The translations under genes were made by a program, and so were the position numbers. A model generated the notes under the pieces. That model was not told where the DNA came from. It ran no database searches and was given only the letters and a program-made list of their open reading frames with translations. Source: Candidatus Saccharimonadota bacterium (GTDB lineage: Bacteria > Patescibacteriota > Saccharimonadia > Saccharimonadales > Saccharimonadaceae). From it: a DNA stretch of 32,000 bases. The stretch spans positions 180,001-212,000 of the forward strand of contig CP006915.1 in assembly GCA_000503915.1 (NCBI GenBank). The letters run 5' to 3'. Shown here piece by piece: positions 8,250 to 16,575 of the stretch; the stretch's first letter is position 1, and each line of letters starts with the position of its first letter.

Positions 8250-9878
8250 TTAGCCGCGAACACTCGCCGTAAAGAGCTTACGGACGCGCCGAACGATCGG
8301 GTCAACTTCGCGTAGCTTCAGAAGTTTACAGAGTGCCATATAGACAATGAAGCTAACGACGACTATTAGTACAAACTTCGGGAACGTGAAGTAGAAACTA
8401 CTGTTATCACCGGCCGGCAACGGAATAGTCGCTACCATAATATAGCTGACAATAGCCATGAAACCAGTAGCACTCGCCATTCGCCAGACTGCCCCCCAGA
8501 GTTCACGGTTTAGTAGTCCCCTGATGCGGATATTGATAACAACAAAGAGGATAACGACCTCCACTGCCGCCATGATCGACTGCGCCCAGGCGAGTCCGTA
8601 TGGCCCCATCTTCAGAGTCATCGTAAACCAGACTGCGAGCACGATCGTCAGACCGATAGAAAAGATCGAGATGTAGAGAGGTGTCTTGGTATCCTGCTGC
8701 GCATAGAATGCTCGCGCCGTGATGTAGTAAATCGAGCGAAAAAGAATCGCGATGACAAGTGCACCGAGCAAACCTGCCATTAGCGAGTCACCCCCGGCTC
8801 GGATAAAGTTCACCAGGTATCCTCGAGTGAAGAACGTCAAAACCGATACGGGAAGCGCCAGCCAAATGATGATACGGAGAACCTGCTGGAGCTCGCTCCG
8901 AAATAGGTCAGGTCGACCTTCGCTCAAACGCTCGGTCATCTTTGGGAAGGCTGCCGTCGAAATGGCCACACCGATCAGGTTGATTGGTGCCATATGAAGT
9001 GTAACCGCCTGGTTGTACGCACGCACAGTGCCGGCTGCCATCCGCGAGGCAAGGTTGGTTTCGACGATACCGACGAGATAGTCCATTCCCTGATCAAGCG
9101 AACGAGCAGGCAGTAGCGACAGTACTTTGCGGAAGCCACGATTTTTCCAATGAACCTTGAAACGGTAGTCGAGCCCCAAACCCATCAAGCCGATACTGCT
9201 AATAACCAGCTGCATGATCGAACCAAGTACCACGCCGAGCGCCACGCCCATAATGCCACCGTCAAAGATTTGCCAGCCAAAGAGATTGATGCCATCTGTA
9301 AAGAATAGAATACCAATGATAATACCGATATTGTAAATAGTCGGCGCTAGGGCATAAAAAGTGAATCGTCCGATTGCTTGCTGGATACTCGAGATGACCG
9401 TCGCGATTGCAAACAGAAAGGGGTTGACCGCAATCACTCGCATCATACTGATTGCCAGTGCCGTCCCCGCTTCGTTGAGCCCCGGCGCAATGACAAACTT
9501 GATGAGTGGTTCTGCGAAAATGATAATCAAAATACTTGCCACCAGCGTAAGTAGCGCCATAAAGTTGATCATACTGGTCGATAGTTCCCAGGCTGACTTT
9601 TTGTTGCCACTCGCTAAGCGCTGGTTGAAAACTGGAATGAAAGTCACACTGAGCGCGCCCGACACCAGAATAAAGAACATGAAGTCCGGCACCATGAACG
9701 CCGCTGTATAGGCATCGAGTCCTACAGGATACGTACCGTAGTAATAGCCGTTGAGCAGGCGCTCACGCAGGAAGCCAAACAGCATTGAGACCAGCGTTGA
9801 ACTGGCGATCAGCACAGCGGCAAACTGAACCGTCAGTCTGCGATTGGCTCTGGTGACGATACTTTGGACTCGGCCCAT
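8250..9878 (-). CDS. murJ: Lipid II flippase MurJ (MviN family)
   Basis: 542 aa, about 14 TM helices, N-terminus LLGFLRERLL..AFMVPDFMFFILVSGALSVTFIPVF is typical of MurJ. Confidence 0.85.
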   Translation of the reverse strand: MGRVQSIVTRANRRLTVQFAAVLIASSTLVSMLFGFLRERLLNGYYYGTYPVGLDAYTAAFMVPDFMFFILVSGALSVTFIPVFNQRLASGNKKSAWELSTSMINFMALLTLVASILIIIFAEPLIKFVIAPGLNEAGTALAISMMRVIAVNPFLFAIATVISSIQQAIGRFTFYALAPTIYNIGIIIGILFFTDGINLFGWQIFDGGIMGVALGVVLGSIMQLVISSIGLMGLGLDYRFKVHWKNRGFRKVLSLLPARSLDQGMDYLVGIVETNLASRMAAGTVRAYNQAVTLHMAPINLIGVAISTAAFPKMTERLSEGRPDLFRSELQQVLRIIIWLALPVSVLTFFTRGYLVNFIRAGGDSLMAGLLGALVIAILFRSIYYITARAFYAQQDTKTPLYISIFSIGLTIVLAVWFTMTLKMGPYGLAWAQSIMAAVEVVILFVVINIRIRGLLNRELWGAVWRMASATGFMAIVSYIMVATIPLPAGDNSSFYFTFPKFVLIVVVSFIVYMALCKLLKLREVDPIVRRVRKLFTASVRG

Positions 9879-9893
9879 AGCGGTTTAGATTCG

Positions 9894-11759
9894 CTACGCC
9901 GCGTGTAGCATAGCCTCTTTCGGCAGCGATGTATCTTTCATTAGTTCATCAACGGCACTCTCTTCGATAGTTTCTTCTTTCAGGAGGACAGCCGCTAGCT
10001 TTTCAAGACTCGGCATATTGGCTTTTAGCACCAGCTCTGCACGATGTGCGGCTTCTTTGATCAGGATCTCGACCTCATGGTCGATCTCCTTGGCAGTGTC
10101 GTCACTATATGGTCGCTCATGAGTAATCTTGTCGAACACCATGCCCCCATTATCTTCATGGAAAACTTGGTCGCGCAGCTTGCTGCCCATACCTTGCTCG
10201 ATCACCATATCACGGGCAATCTCAGTCGCTTTGCGGAGGTCTGAACCAGCGCCCGTCGTGATCCCATCTTCGCCATACTTTATCTTCTCAGCGACGCGAC
10301 CACCCATCGCTCGGGCAAGAATGTCTTTGAACTCATACACATTGGTGTAGCTTTTGTCTTCCGGCGGTAAGAACCAGGTGACACCACCCGTACCGCCGCG
10401 CGGAATAATCGTCACCTTGTGTACTGGGTCGCTGTCGGGCAAGATATGACCGACGATGGCATGGCCTGCTTCGTGATATGCCGTCAATTCTTTTTCTTTT
10501 TCGTTCATGATTTTGGCCTTACGCTCTGGTCCGATGGCAACTTTTTCAAACGCTTCGGTCAGATCGGCATTGCTCACCTTTTTCGCATTGCGGCGAGCGG
10601 CAATAATCGCCGCCTCGTTGGCGATATTGGCCAGATCTGCACCGCTACTGCCGGCAGTTTTCGCAGCTAGTTTATCAAGGTTGACGTTTTCTTCAACCGG
10701 TTTATTCTTAAAGTGCACTTTAAGGATGGCCTCGCGGTCGCGCCGCTCGGGCAACATAATGTTGGTGCGACGGTCGAAACGGCCTGGTCGCAGTAGTGCC
10801 GGGTCAAGTACGTCGGCACGGTTGGTGGCTGCCAGAACGATTACGTTAGTACCGGTCTCAAAACCGTCCATCTCTACCAAGATCTGGTTCAATGTCTGCT
10901 CACGCTCGTCGTGTCCACCACCCATACCGGAACCGCGGCGGCGTCCAACGGCGTCGATCTCGTCGATAAATATAATGGCCGGAGCATTCTTCTTGGCTTT
11001 TGCGAATAGGTCGCGCACACGTGAGGCACCAACGCCGACGAACATTTCGACAAACTCCGAGCCGGAGATGCTAAAGAATGGCACGTTGGCTTCACCAGCG
11101 ACGGCACGGGCAAGCATCGTTTTACCGGTTCCCGGGTTACCGACGAGCAGTACGCCTTTTGGAATCTTGGCGCCGAGCTGCTGATACTTCTTTGGATGCT
11201 TGAGGAAATCTACCACCTCTTCGAGGTCTTGCTTGGCAGAATCATTGCCAGCGATGTCGGCAAAGACGACTTTTTCCTTATCGAGGCCGTACAGTTTTGC
11301 TTTACTCTTACCAAAGCCGAGCGCTTGGTTGTTTTGTCCTTGCGCCTGGCGCATCATGAACATAAAAATCAGTCCGATCAAGATAACCGGCACGATGATG
11401 CTGGCTACCGACCAGATAGCATCACCTGTTTGCGATGGTGGCGTCACCTTGACGTCAACCTTGGCATCTTGCTTCAAGCCCTGATCGTAAATTGTACTGT
11501 TTTCTTTGGTCGCGTGTTCAGTCGCGTGATCCTGGCCTTTCGGGGTCACCTTGACATCATTGCCCTGGATCTCAAGCTTGGCAATTTTGCCTTCGTTCGC
11601 GCGCGTCGTCACGTTTTTGATCGTAACTTCCTTGAGCGTCCCATGCGGTGACATGACTGCTATTACCGCCAAGGTAGCGACCACCAGAATAGCCCAGAAG
11701 AGTGTCAGGCGCATGAGGTTACTAATTTTCTTACGCGGCGGCTGATTTCTATTTGCCAT
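9894..11759 (-). CDS. ftsH: ATP-dependent zinc metalloprotease FtsH
   Basis: Walker A GNPGTGKT, second region of homology, HEAGHA zinc motif, N-terminal TM pair. Confidence 0.97.
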   Translation of the reverse strand: MANRNQPPRKKISNLMRLTLFWAILVVATLAVIAVMSPHGTLKEVTIKNVTTRANEGKIAKLEIQGNDVKVTPKGQDHATEHATKENSTIYDQGLKQDAKVDVKVTPPSQTGDAIWSVASIIVPVILIGLIFMFMMRQAQGQNNQALGFGKSKAKLYGLDKEKVVFADIAGNDSAKQDLEEVVDFLKHPKKYQQLGAKIPKGVLLVGNPGTGKTMLARAVAGEANVPFFSISGSEFVEMFVGVGASRVRDLFAKAKKNAPAIIFIDEIDAVGRRRGSGMGGGHDEREQTLNQILVEMDGFETGTNVIVLAATNRADVLDPALLRPGRFDRRTNIMLPERRDREAILKVHFKNKPVEENVNLDKLAAKTAGSSGADLANIANEAAIIAARRNAKKVSNADLTEAFEKVAIGPERKAKIMNEKEKELTAYHEAGHAIVGHILPDSDPVHKVTIIPRGGTGGVTWFLPPEDKSYTNVYEFKDILARAMGGRVAEKIKYGEDGITTGAGSDLRKATEIARDMVIEQGMGSKLRDQVFHEDNGGMVFDKITHERPYSDDTAKEIDHEVEILIKEAAHRAELVLKANMPSLEKLAAVLLKEETIEESAVDELMKDTSLPKEAMLHAA

Positions 11760-11838
11760 AGGCTTACGTTAAGATCCTTTCTGAGCTAGCTGCATTATAA
11801 AGAGAGAAGTGAAAATCCCACTTCTTATATAATAGCAG

Positions 11839-12726
11839 TCAGTCGTCTGATTTGACAATGAATTCACGTCGCACAAAATGAACGTGTAGTCCCCCACCGA
11901 TTTGTTGTCTACTACTTGGGCGAGCTGTCTTGATGCCATACCATAGTGCCAGTAGCTGCGGCCGCGTCAGATGACCACCCGTCAGTCCACGAAGCAGCTC
12001 GAGGGCAGATGTTTCATCAATCATTGTGAAGAAGTAACGCGAAGCAGCCAGCTCATTATCTTTTAGTAGTGGCTTTGCTTCCTCGTCAATCTCTTTGGTT
12101 AATTGTAGCTGCCTATCACGTCGCTCTGCCAGCTCCTGTTTTAGCGCTAAGCTAATCTCAGGCTGTATGCGGCGACGTAGGCGATTACGCAGGTAGTCAT
12201 CCTGTTGATTCGTCTCATCCTCCACCCACTCCAGATTTTGCTTCGCCGCATAGGTATATAAATCCATCTTCGTAAGTCCAAGCAGTGGCCGATGAACCGT
12301 TGAATCACCTAACACCGCCAGACCCCGCCAACCGGTGCCACGAATAAGATTAATTGCGATCGTCTCTACCAGATCATCGAGATGGTGCGCTGTGACAATT
12401 TCAGCGTCGTAGCGCGCTGCCACCTCACGTAAAAATGCATAGCGTCGTTCGCGGGCGAGGGCTTCGCTCGCACCAGCTCCCAGCTCCTCGCGTTTCAATC
12501 TGGCGGGCAGGCCATAGTGTGCGGCAAGCGCCGCCACGAACCGTGCATCAGCCGCTGAGTCCGGCCGAATCCCATGGTCAAAGTGCGCCACCACCAGCGT
12601 ATCTTTATCTCCAAAGGTCAGACCTCTTAGATCATTATTTGATGGTATAGCTATTTTTTTGCGAACCATCATATCAAGCAGGACCACCGAGTCCACCCCG
12701 CCGCTGACTGCTACAACATAGTTCAT
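11839..12726 (-). CDS. tilS: tRNA(Ile)-lysidine synthase TilS (short form)
   Basis: MNYVVAVSGGVDSVVLL PP-loop motif. Start trimmed to ATG 12726, because the longer ORF overlaps the upstream small gene. Confidence 0.85.
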   Translation of the reverse strand: MNYVVAVSGGVDSVVLLDMMVRKKIAIPSNNDLRGLTFGDKDTLVVAHFDHGIRPDSAADARFVAALAAHYGLPARLKREELGAGASEALARERRYAFLREVAARYDAEIVTAHHLDDLVETIAINLIRGTGWRGLAVLGDSTVHRPLLGLTKMDLYTYAAKQNLEWVEDETNQQDDYLRNRLRRRIQPEISLALKQELAERRDRQLQLTKEIDEEAKPLLKDNELAASRYFFTMIDETSALELLRGLTGGHLTRPQLLALWYGIKTARPSSRQQIGGGLHVHFVRREFIVKSDD

Positions 12727-12727
12727 A

Positions 12728-12901
12728 TTAGCTTGTCTTTTTACCGATCCAGACGGCCAGCCAGATGCCAAAAAAGCCGCCAATCGTACTACCGAGAACG
12801 CTCCAGCCATCAAGCAGATTACTATCACCGAATAATACAGGGACGTATGCCCCCGCAATACCGAAAATCGTTGCGAATAGTAGGATAGCTGACTTATTCA
12901 T
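12728..12901 (-). CDS. Small two-TM membrane protein
   Basis: MNKSAILLFATIFGIAGAYVPVLFG..GGFFGIWLAVWIGKK. TATAAT (12913-12908) lies 6 nt upstream of ATG 12901. Confidence 0.6.
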   Translation of the reverse strand: MNKSAILLFATIFGIAGAYVPVLFGDSNLLDGWSVLGSTIGGFFGIWLAVWIGKKTS

Positions 12902-12932
12902 AATCTTATTATAGTTCACACAAAGCGCGTAT

Positions 12933-14162
12933 TTATAAATAGCGCGTGCTACCGAACGGAATCTTTTGTTTGACCATCTGCGTTGTGAGCGTGTCGGCGG
13001 AGTGGATTACCCGCTTGCCGTAGCGACCATTGATATTGTCCACTGCCCGCGTGACTGCCTTTTCTTTCGCCAGCTCGTCACCAAATAGGTGCAGCTGGGC
13101 TTCATCAGGCTCGGTTAGTTCGTAGCAGCTCACACCGATTTCCTTGAGTGGGTACGGCGCTGTTTCAAACAGTGCCTTTGCCTGATCGTAAATTGCTTGG
13201 TTGGAGAAAAAGGGCAGGGCGGCCATATGCCTGGCGTGCCAGTAGCCTCTGTCGTAGCTGCGGGCATGAACTGAAATACCACGCGCCACTAAGCCCTGGG
13301 AGCGGACTTTCTCGCCAACTGATTCGCAGAGATTGTGGAGCCGTTGCAGTACTTTTTCTGGCGGTAAGTTATACTCTTCGAGTACGTATTGCCTACCAGC
13401 CGTACGCATAGGAAAATCACGCTTATCGACTTCCCAGCCCCTCAGTCGTTGATACCACTCACTGCCGACGATACTTTGAAAGACCATCTTCCGTAGCGTT
13501 ATTTCTTCGGCATCGAGAAACTGTAAGGGCGTGAGAATGCCGACAGCGTTTAGCCGTTTTTCAAACCGGCCAGCAATACCGGTCAGGTCGGTCAGCTCCA
13601 ATGTGGCGAAAACGTCGCGTAAGTTTTCGTGCGTGATGACATCAAGTCCGTCCGGCTTGTGTAAGCTAGCGGCGGTTTTCGCCAGAAAACGATTGGTACC
13701 AATTCCGACGTTGCAGCGCATCGCGCACCCTACTTCACCACGCAGCCGCTGTTTTATCTCTTGCCCAATTTCTACCAAGTTTCGCCCAGCGATAGCCGCC
13801 GTCGTCTCACTAAAATCAATTACTCCTTCGTCGATACTCTTCATACGTACATGCGCCGAATAGTCATTCATAATACGCATCAGCTGATGGTAGACATAGC
13901 GATACTTCGGTGGATCGCTCTCCAGGCCGATCAGGTCAGGGCAAAGCAACTTCGCATCCTTCAGACGCATACCTAGCTTCACACCCATAGCCTTGGCTTC
14001 GTAGCTGGCCGTCACGATCATCGTATTTTCGGTGCGGCGATTTACCACCGCCACTGGTCGGCCGCGTAGCATTGGCCTGGCTTGCTGCTCGACCGTGGCA
14101 AAGCAGCTATTGAGATCTATATGCATGATAAGCGGCCGAGCCTTGTTGTAGTTATCCTTCAT
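12933..14162 (-). CDS. dinB: Y-family DNA polymerase IV (DinB)
   Basis: IMHIDLNSCFATVEQ..VVVNRR..ASYEAK..SIDE motifs. AGGGAG SD at 14171-14176. Confidence 0.9.
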   Translation of the reverse strand: MKDNYNKARPLIMHIDLNSCFATVEQQARPMLRGRPVAVVNRRTENTMIVTASYEAKAMGVKLGMRLKDAKLLCPDLIGLESDPPKYRYVYHQLMRIMNDYSAHVRMKSIDEGVIDFSETTAAIAGRNLVEIGQEIKQRLRGEVGCAMRCNVGIGTNRFLAKTAASLHKPDGLDVITHENLRDVFATLELTDLTGIAGRFEKRLNAVGILTPLQFLDAEEITLRKMVFQSIVGSEWYQRLRGWEVDKRDFPMRTAGRQYVLEEYNLPPEKVLQRLHNLCESVGEKVRSQGLVARGISVHARSYDRGYWHARHMAALPFFSNQAIYDQAKALFETAPYPLKEIGVSCYELTEPDEAQLHLFGDELAKEKAVTRAVDNINGRYGKRVIHSADTLTTQMVKQKIPFGSTRYL

Positions 14163-14176
14163 AACTGAAGCTCCCT

Positions 14177-14681
14177 GTTCTTTGACTGGTCAAAGAACCA
14201 AACCCACTTCTTTTCACCTTGACGTGAAAAATCGGGGTCCCCACAAAACTTGTTTCGTGGGGTGATAGTGATGCAAGAGGGTCAAGTCCGGCTTCTTTCA
14301 CTTGGTAAGCCGCTGTAAAAATGAACAATCGTCTGCGGAACTCGGGCTTATTGACGTGCCACTGGCACGTCAATGCATCCTCAAACAGTCCTCGACTGGT
14401 AAGATTGTTGTTTGTTACATCGTCTGAGCCAGGAGAAAGAAGAGGACGGCGGGGTCTGGGGTATCTGCAAGAACCGGGTTGGGTAGTGCCAGCTTTTCCT
14501 GGTGCGACGAGGATGTTTGAGGCTTTTGCCGAGTTCCGCAGTCGCCAAAGAAAAGCTGGCACTACCTGACGCCGCGTTCTGAAGCCACCCCGGTCGTTTT
14601 GGTTCTTTTGCAGACTCAAAAGAACGACTTGCTTCTTGGTCTCAAGAAGATTCTGCCATGGTCTGGTCAAGACAGGCCATT
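14177..14681. other. Dense array of perfect hairpins and long-range helices; unclassified structured RNA or hairpin-ended element
   Basis: Local hairpins at 14177-98, 14211-30, 14239-62, 14289-312, 14351-73, 14602-25, 14632-49 and 14658-80. Long-range pairs are 14333-45/14529-41, 14379-94/14508-22 and 14482-98/14550-66. ORFs in the track here are low-complexity and overlap the palindromes. Confidence 0.5.
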
Positions 14682-14945
14682 TCATATATGATCCCCCTCA
14701 CGTGTCAAATGCCACGTCAGCCGCTCGCTATCGAACTCCAGCCGGTAGTCAGCTCCGCCGTCGGTCACGTCAAAAATATGAAGTGTTTTTGAGCCTTGCA
14801 CTACCGGGTGACGCAGGCCAATTTCCGTAACCATGACTTCACGACCGTTTGGCCGCCTGAACTTGACCGGCCGACACGGGTTGAGGCCACCACCAAAGGT
14901 AGCAATTGCCTGCACCCGTTCATGTAAGAAAGTTTCGTCATTCAT
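14682..14945 (-). CDS. Small hypothetical protein (87 aa) encoded upstream of dinB
   Basis: MNDETFLHERVQ..PVKFRRPNGREVMVTEIGLRH..LHIFDVTDGGADYRLEFDSERLTWHLTRE. GGAG SD lies 5 nt before ATG 14945. The upstream 87 residues of the ORF-track model are R/K/S-rich and look non-coding. Confidence 0.55.
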   Translation of the reverse strand: MNDETFLHERVQAIATFGGGLNPCRPVKFRRPNGREVMVTEIGLRHPVVQGSKTLHIFDVTDGGADYRLEFDSERLTWHLTREGDHI

Positions 14946-15208
14946 GACTTCTCCAAGAGGACTCTGCCCTCTACTTCGTTTTGGAAGTGAATCCCAAAAC
15001 TCGTTACTCCCGCTAAGGCTCGGCTTCTGAGCCTCGTGCTTCGCAGGGATTAGTGATAGAGAAACGACAGATTGGGTGTTGCCCGTCTTTTTCTTGCCCG
15101 TTTCGTAGCCTAGAGAAAAAGCCGAAAGACAACGATGAATGGTCCGCCATCTGGAGGGACGCTTTGCCGCCAAGCGCGGCCAGTGTGTATCGCAGTGCTT
15201 GTACATCT

Positions 15209-15217
15209 ATTGTACCA
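15209..15217 (-). promoter_or_regulatory. Extended -10 promoter (TGGTACAAT) that would give a ~257 nt leader for the 87-aa ORF
   Basis: Minus strand reads TGGTACAAT at 15217-15209. Confidence 0.4.
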
Positions 15218-15284
15218 CCGTTTACATATCCCTTACTTTGGAGCATAATAAGAGCCATCAATAAGCATAAGGGTATACGCATAC

Positions 15285-15827
15285 ATGGAACCAAATAAAA
15301 AAGAAACATTCGCGTCGGCAGCAACAGAAGAAATGACACCTTCGCCCGCACCAGCCACGCTAGCGGAAGAACCGGTCTCGTCTGTCCCTGATATAGAGAC
15401 AGAACCGCCTACTGGCGCTCACATAAACAATATAAATAATATTGACCCAGACCCCCAGACCGCGCTGGAAAATATGGATCCAGACGCCACCCCAGCAGAC
15501 AAAGAAAAAGTCTTTACCCAACCTAAAAAGTCACACACCAAAATATTCATCATCATCGCGGCTGTACTCGTCGTCTTCCTCGCAGCAGCCGTCGCCTACT
15601 ACTTCCTCTATATGCAGCCAAAGCCAGCCACTTCTTCGACAACCACGCCTTCTTCCAGCGAGACAACTTCCAGCCTAGAGTCCGATATCACCTCAGCCAC
15701 AGACACCCTGACTCAAGGCAATAGCGACGAATCAGCCGTCACCGACACTGACGACAGCTCATATATCACTGACACCGACACAAGCGCCGCAGGCGTAGGA
15801 GACAGCATCGATGAAAGCACATTCTAA
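15285..15827 (+). CDS. Single-pass membrane protein with an acidic N-terminus and a Ser/Thr/Asp-rich C-terminus
   Basis: TM helix IFIIIAAVLVVFLAAAVAYYFLYM, flanked by low-complexity disordered regions. Confidence 0.65.
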   Translation: MEPNKKETFASAATEEMTPSPAPATLAEEPVSSVPDIETEPPTGAHINNINNIDPDPQTALENMDPDATPADKEKVFTQPKKSHTKIFIIIAAVLVVFLAAAVAYYFLYMQPKPATSSTTTPSSSETTSSLESDITSATDTLTQGNSDESAVTDTDDSSYITDTDTSAAGVGDSIDESTF

Positions 15828-16572
15828 TCCCTCACGGCTCACCGCCATCGTAGCCATAATGGCAACTGTTTTCACACTGGGCACTCTGCCCGTGTCGGCC
15901 GTATCAGACGGTAACACGCTAAAGTCATCCAACACTTGTACGCGCATTACAACGCTCGAGAGTACCGCGACGGCGGCTCTTTCTAGCAAGCTGGCGGCGA
16001 TGAACAACAATTTCTCTGCCCGCACGACAAAACTTGACGAACGTAAAGCAACTATCGACCAAAAGGTCAGTGCTGCACGCGAAAAAGCCTCAAGCAATTT
16101 TGATAAAGCTATTGCAAGAATTCTAGAGAGAAACCTGACCGACACGCAAAAAGAAGCGGTCACAACATTCCAGGTAGCCATGAAGACAGCCGTAAAGACT
16201 CGACAGGAAGCAGTCGATACTGCTCGTGCTACCTACCGCACTAATCTGGCGGAAGCCATCAAAACTCACCAGGTCAGCTTGGAGGCCACTGCCACGGCCT
16301 ACCAATCTGCTGTCGAGACGGCCTTTACAACCGCCAAAGCCAACTGTAGTGATAGCACTGCCACAGCGACGCTCCGTACCGCAGTTAAGGCTGCTCGTGA
16401 TACATTCAAAACTGCCCGGCAGGAGCTTCGTACTACCAATGTTACCGACGTCAAATCATTTATGACGGCTAGAAACGATGCGATCAAAGCCGCAAATGAA
16501 GCCTTTGCCATGGCTGCACAGGAGTATAGCCAAACACTCGAGGATAGCCTTAGCCTTAGTAGCGCTCAGTAA
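15811..16572 (+). CDS. Secreted alpha-helical repeat protein (hypothetical)
   Basis: Signal peptide MKAHSNPSRLTAIVAIMATVFTLGTLPVSAVS, then an A/T/K/E-rich helical repeat region. 17 nt overlap with the upstream gene. Confidence 0.65.
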   Translation: MKAHSNPSRLTAIVAIMATVFTLGTLPVSAVSDGNTLKSSNTCTRITTLESTATAALSSKLAAMNNNFSARTTKLDERKATIDQKVSAAREKASSNFDKAIARILERNLTDTQKEAVTTFQVAMKTAVKTRQEAVDTARATYRTNLAEAIKTHQVSLEATATAYQSAVETAFTTAKANCSDSTATATLRTAVKAARDTFKTARQELRTTNVTDVKSFMTARNDAIKAANEAFAMAAQEYSQTLEDSLSLSSAQ

Positions 16573-16575
16573 CTT

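Noticed and set aside
6437-11759. Numerous antisense or out-of-frame ORFs inside lepA, murJ and ftsH (for example 10507..11184+, 11196..11651+, 7361..7666+, 9361..9711+), and similar ones inside dinB, the oxidoreductase, the MFS genes and the ABC genes
   Set aside because: They are shadow ORFs opposite strongly supported conserved genes, with biased composition and no start context.
14270-14350. RNase P P4-like pair: GAGGGTCAAGTCCGG (14277-91) and GAACTCGGGCTTA (14338-50)
   Set aside because: The two strands are only about 50 nt apart instead of about 270 nt. The second strand is better explained by the 13-bp helix with 14529-41, and there are no S-domain motifs.
14152-15351. ORF-track proteins 14152..14685(-), 14321..14569(+), 14636..14830(+), 14833..15030(+), 15013..15351(-), 15053..15298(+), and the N-terminal 87 residues of 14682..15206(-)
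   Set aside because: They are Arg/Ser/Pro-rich and low-complexity, have no SD or promoter context, and run straight through perfect palindromes and long inverted repeats. Only the C-terminal 87 aa of 14682..15206 looks like a real protein.
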